DNA of 62,196 nucleotides from Chthonomonas calidirosea (GTDB lineage Bacteria; Armatimonadota; Fimbriimonadia; Fimbriimonadales; Fimbriimonadaceae): NCBI GenBank assembly GCA_945859975.1, contig CAMAPH010000015.1, positions 1 to 62,196 of the forward strand, read 5' to 3'. Shown piece by piece: positions 59,162 to 62,196 of this stretch (position 1 is its first letter; each line of letters starts with the position of its first letter). The notes under the pieces were generated by a model. It saw only the letters and a program-made list of their open reading frames with translations, ran no database searches and was not told where the DNA came from. The position numbers and the translations under genes were made by a program.

Positions 59162-60094
59162 TCAGGGTAGCGGCGCTTGCCGCGCCGCTACCAGCAGTCG
59201 GTACCAATCCTCGCGACTCAGCTCGATCTCTGTCGCCCGGACCGCCTGCCGGATTTTCTCCGGACGCGTCGACCCCACAATCGGCACTATGCCCGACGGA
59301 TGCTTCAGCAGAAACGCCAGCGCAATCTCCGTCCGCGTGACCTCATAAGCCGCCGCCATCGAATCAAGCAATGCCAGCAAGTGATGACGAGGCGAACCCG
59401 GCGCAACCGTGCCGCCCTCACCTAACCAGCCACCGCCAAGCGGGCTCCAGGCCAAAGGCGTCATGCCCAACGCCAGACACTGATCCAGCGTCCCGTCGGC
59501 AAAGCAATCCAACCGCCCCAGGTGAATCTCAACCTGATTCACCACCAAGTCCTCCGTCAAAGCCGATTGCAGTGCCGTCACGAACGAGGGCAAAAAGTTG
59601 CTGACTCCAAAGAACCGAACCTTTCCGGCGCGGTGGAGAATGTCAAAAGCCTCCGCAATCTCAGAAGGGTCCATCAGCAAATCCGGCCGGTGGAGCTGAT
59701 AAATGTCGATCGTCTCAATCCCAAGGTGCCCAAGCGACTTGTCGCAAGAAGCCAAGATGTGCTCCTTCGAAAAGTCGTACCGATGCGGCGAATCTGGGTT
59801 CGGATCGCCGCCAAAGCGAATGCCACACTTCGTGGCGATGATAATCTCATCGCGCATCGAAGGAATCTCCCGCATGAGTTCGCCGTGGATATCCTCACAC
59901 ATGCTCCGGCAATAGATGTCGGCGTGGTCAAACAGCGTATAGCCCGCCTCATAGGCCGCAATCAGCGCCTTCTTCCCGGCCTCGCGCTTCGCCGAATCAA
60001 CCTCCGCCGGATTCCAAGTCCCCGCAATGCGCATCGCGCCATAAGAAAGTCGTCCGGCTGTCAGGCCCGTCTGGCCAATCGCTTGTTGTTTCAT
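59162..60094 (-). CDS. Aldo/keto reductase (YdhF-like)
   Basis: FDHADIY, TKCGI, LHRPD, GKVR.FGVSNF, NQVE, AWSPLGGG; start overlaps the upstream gene's stop (ATGA). Confidence 0.92.
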   Translation of the reverse strand: MKQQAIGQTGLTAGRLSYGAMRIAGTWNPAEVDSAKREAGKKALIAAYEAGYTLFDHADIYCRSMCEDIHGELMREIPSMRDEIIIATKCGIRFGGDPNPDSPHRYDFSKEHILASCDKSLGHLGIETIDIYQLHRPDLLMDPSEIAEAFDILHRAGKVRFFGVSNFLPSFVTALQSALTEDLVVNQVEIHLGRLDCFADGTLDQCLALGMTPLAWSPLGGGWLGEGGTVAPGSPRHHLLALLDSMAAAYEVTRTEIALAFLLKHPSGIVPIVGSTRPEKIRQAVRATEIELSREDWYRLLVAARQAPLP

Positions 60095-61065
60095 TTCGGG
60101 AACCTCTGGGGAACCACGACCTTGCCGGTCTGCGCGCTCTCCACCGCCGCCAGCGAAATCGCCAGCGCATTCACACCGTCCCAACCCGAAACCGGCGGCG
60201 GCGTCCCGTCGCGAACCGCGTCCAAGAATCCTCGAATCTCCAAGTAATACGGGTCATCGAGAGGTGCCCGAGGAGTATCACCGCGAGATCCATCCGGAGT
60301 CGAAACCCGAAGCGCCGGCTGATCCTTGCTGTCGAACTGAATCAACCCCTCCGACCCCGCGACCTCCAAGGTGGTCCGGAAACCAGAAGGATCCATCCAA
60401 GTCGCCTCAACGTGCGCCACCACTCCGGAATCGAAAGTCAAAGTCGTCAGCGCATAGTCCGGCCCCGACCCCGCCTGCAATCCGACCGAGCGGCTATAGA
60501 GGTGGTCCACGTTGCCAAAGGTCCACCGAAGCCAGTCGAAGTCGTGGATCGCCAAATCCAACAAAACTCCGCCGCTCCGCGCGTGGTCCATAAACCAGTC
60601 GCTGCTCCCCTTCGGTGCCGGCCCCCCACGCCGAGTCCGCGCCGCCGCCGGCCGCCCGACCTGTCCCGAAAGCACCAAATCGTGTGCCTTCCGAAACTCC
60701 GGGAAGTACCGCACCACCTGCCCCGGCATCAGCGCAACCTTCGCCTTCTCGGCCGCTTCGACAAGGGAAATCGCCTCGTCCAAAGTCCGCGCAATCGGCT
60801 TCTCAACAAAAATCGGCTTCCCAGCCGCAATCGCCTGCAGCCCAATCTCGGCATGCAAATCCGTCGGCAAGCAAATGTCGATCACGTCGACGTTCTCAAT
60901 CACTCGCGACAGCTCGGTCCAGCCGTCCGCCTGATACTTCTCAATCAGCTTCTGCAGCCGCTCTTCCTTCCGGTCGAAGAAGAAGATTTCGACCCCTGGC
61001 ATCTTGCGGTACTGCGCCGCATGCACGTTCCCCATTCCGCCCGCGCCGAGAATGCCGATTCGCAT
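60091..61065 (-). CDS. Gfo/Idh/MocA oxidoreductase
   Basis: GILGAGGMG, ICLPT.LH, EKPIA, SGGVLLDLAIHDFD. Confidence 0.92.
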   Translation of the reverse strand: MRIGILGAGGMGNVHAAQYRKMPGVEIFFFDRKEERLQKLIEKYQADGWTELSRVIENVDVIDICLPTDLHAEIGLQAIAAGKPIFVEKPIARTLDEAISLVEAAEKAKVALMPGQVVRYFPEFRKAHDLVLSGQVGRPAAARTRRGGPAPKGSSDWFMDHARSGGVLLDLAIHDFDWLRWTFGNVDHLYSRSVGLQAGSGPDYALTTLTFDSGVVAHVEATWMDPSGFRTTLEVAGSEGLIQFDSKDQPALRVSTPDGSRGDTPRAPLDDPYYLEIRGFLDAVRDGTPPPVSGWDGVNALAISLAAVESAQTGKVVVPQRFPK

Positions 61066-61074
61066 TGCGTCAGT

Positions 61075-62196
61075 TTATACGTTTGCGAACTCAGACACGA
61101 ACTGCTTCGCATCGCGCAACTTCGCCGGCACCAAAGTGCTGACTCCCGGCTCGTTCATCGTCACGCCCAGCCAAACCGGCGCCGACTCAATCGTCGTCGG
61201 GTTGTGTGTAATCACGATGAACTGCGTCTCGCCGATAAAGTCGCTCAGCAGGGCAGAGAAGCGCTCAACATTGCGACCATCCAGCGGCGCATCCACTTCG
61301 TCAAGAATCACCAGCGGACTCGGCTTCACCCTCAGAAGCGCGAACAAGAACGCCGCCGCACAAAGCGACCGCTCGCCACCGCTCAACAACTGCAAAACCT
61401 GCTTTCGCTTGCCCGGCAACCGCACGTCGATGTCCACGCCGCTGTCCAGAACTTGGTCCAAATTCGTAAGCACCAAGTCGCCCTCACCCCCCGGAAACAC
61501 CGTTTGGAACACCGTGCGGAATGCCGCCTGCACCTTCGTAAAGGTCGTCAAGAACCGATCCCGCGTCAAGTTATCCAGCTCCACAATCGCGGCTTCAACC
61601 TGGCCAATGCCTTCCAAAATGTCCTGCTGCTGGCCAAAGAGCTCGTCATACCGAACCGTCAGCCGCTCAAAGGCATCAATCGCCCCCAGGTTCACATCCC
61701 CCATCGCCCGTAGCTCGCGGCGGAATCGGTTGGTGAGCGTCTGCGCGTCCTCCGGAATCTCCACCGTCGCGCTCAGCTCCACCGCTTCCGTCTCGCCGAT
61801 GCCGTACTCCTCAAAAAGTCGCTGCAAGGAATTCGCGCGCCGACTCTCCGCCCGAGCTCGGAGAATCTCATTGTTCTGGTTGGCGGCGCTAATCGCGCTC
61901 GCATTCTCCCGCGCCGATTTCGCCTCGTCATAAACCTGCCCAAGCCGGTCCGCGAGGCTTCGCTTGATCGCCGACTTCTCGCTCAGGTCCCGGTTCAGGT
62001 CGCCGATAATCGCCTGCATCTCCTCAATCCGAACCTCATGCAGCTCAATCTCTTTGCCCAGTCGATCGCGCAACGGCCCGATGTTGGCCATGCGGTTGGT
62101 CCGCAGGTCGTTGTCTTCCTGCGCTTGCTTCAGCCGTCGCTCCGCGCTCAGCCGATTGCCTTGCGCCTTCGACCAAGCCTGCTCGGCTTCCCGCAG
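61075..62196 (-). CDS. smc: Chromosome segregation protein SMC, C-terminal part
   Basis: Coiled coil; G.VNL.AI, PGK, LSGGE, LDEVDAPLD, QFIVITH, GVTM.EPGVS. Confidence 0.95.
   Translation of the reverse strand: MREAEQAWSKAQGNRLSAERRLKQAQEDNDLRTNRMANIGPLRDRLGKEIELHEVRIEEMQAIIGDLNRDLSEKSAIKRSLADRLGQVYDEAKSARENASAISAANQNNEILRARAESRRANSLQRLFEEYGIGETEAVELSATVEIPEDAQTLTNRFRRELRAMGDVNLGAIDAFERLTVRYDELFGQQQDILEGIGQVEAAIVELDNLTRDRFLTTFTKVQAAFRTVFQTVFPGGEGDLVLTNLDQVLDSGVDIDVRLPGKRKQVLQLLSGGERSLCAAAFLFALLRVKPSPLVILDEVDAPLDGRNVERFSALLSDFIGETQFIVITHNPTTIESAPVWLGVTMNEPGVSTLVPAKLRDAKQFVSEFANV

Overview
A GC-rich bacterial chromosome segment. The gene repertoire (prepilin/H-X9-DG-like protein plus lipoprotein, scattered housekeeping genes, 'HGEAVIYPT' GyrA) suggests Armatimonadota/Fimbriimonas-like, by inference. 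Core genes: mrp, two ECF sigma factors, lepB, trpB, nuoF, ychF, tRNA-Gln(CTG), clpP-clpX, pfkA, tig, gyrA, dusB and the 3' part of smc. Main points of interest: (1) a yybP-ykoY (Mn2+-sensing) riboswitch and hairpin directly upstream of a TolC + ABC + HlyD tripartite exporter; (2) a translationally coupled bestrophin + LCIB/theta-type carbonic anhydrase + TMEM175 operon, echoing the algal CO2-concentrating pair; (3) duplicated unknown membrane-protein genes punctuated by composite GGAG/GTAG REP-like elements; (4) an accessory block between dusB and an aldo/keto reductase, holding a Sec-exported RHS protein, a perfect 24-bp-arm palindrome nested in an 11-bp inverted repeat, and a glycoside-hydrolase cassette bounded by a 359-bp duplicated gene end, with a double-GH28 gene split by one in-frame TAG; (5) an AAA ATPase + DUF4276-like pair resembling ATPase/TOPRIM defence modules. 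All family assignments come from motifs recognised by eye; no database searches were run.
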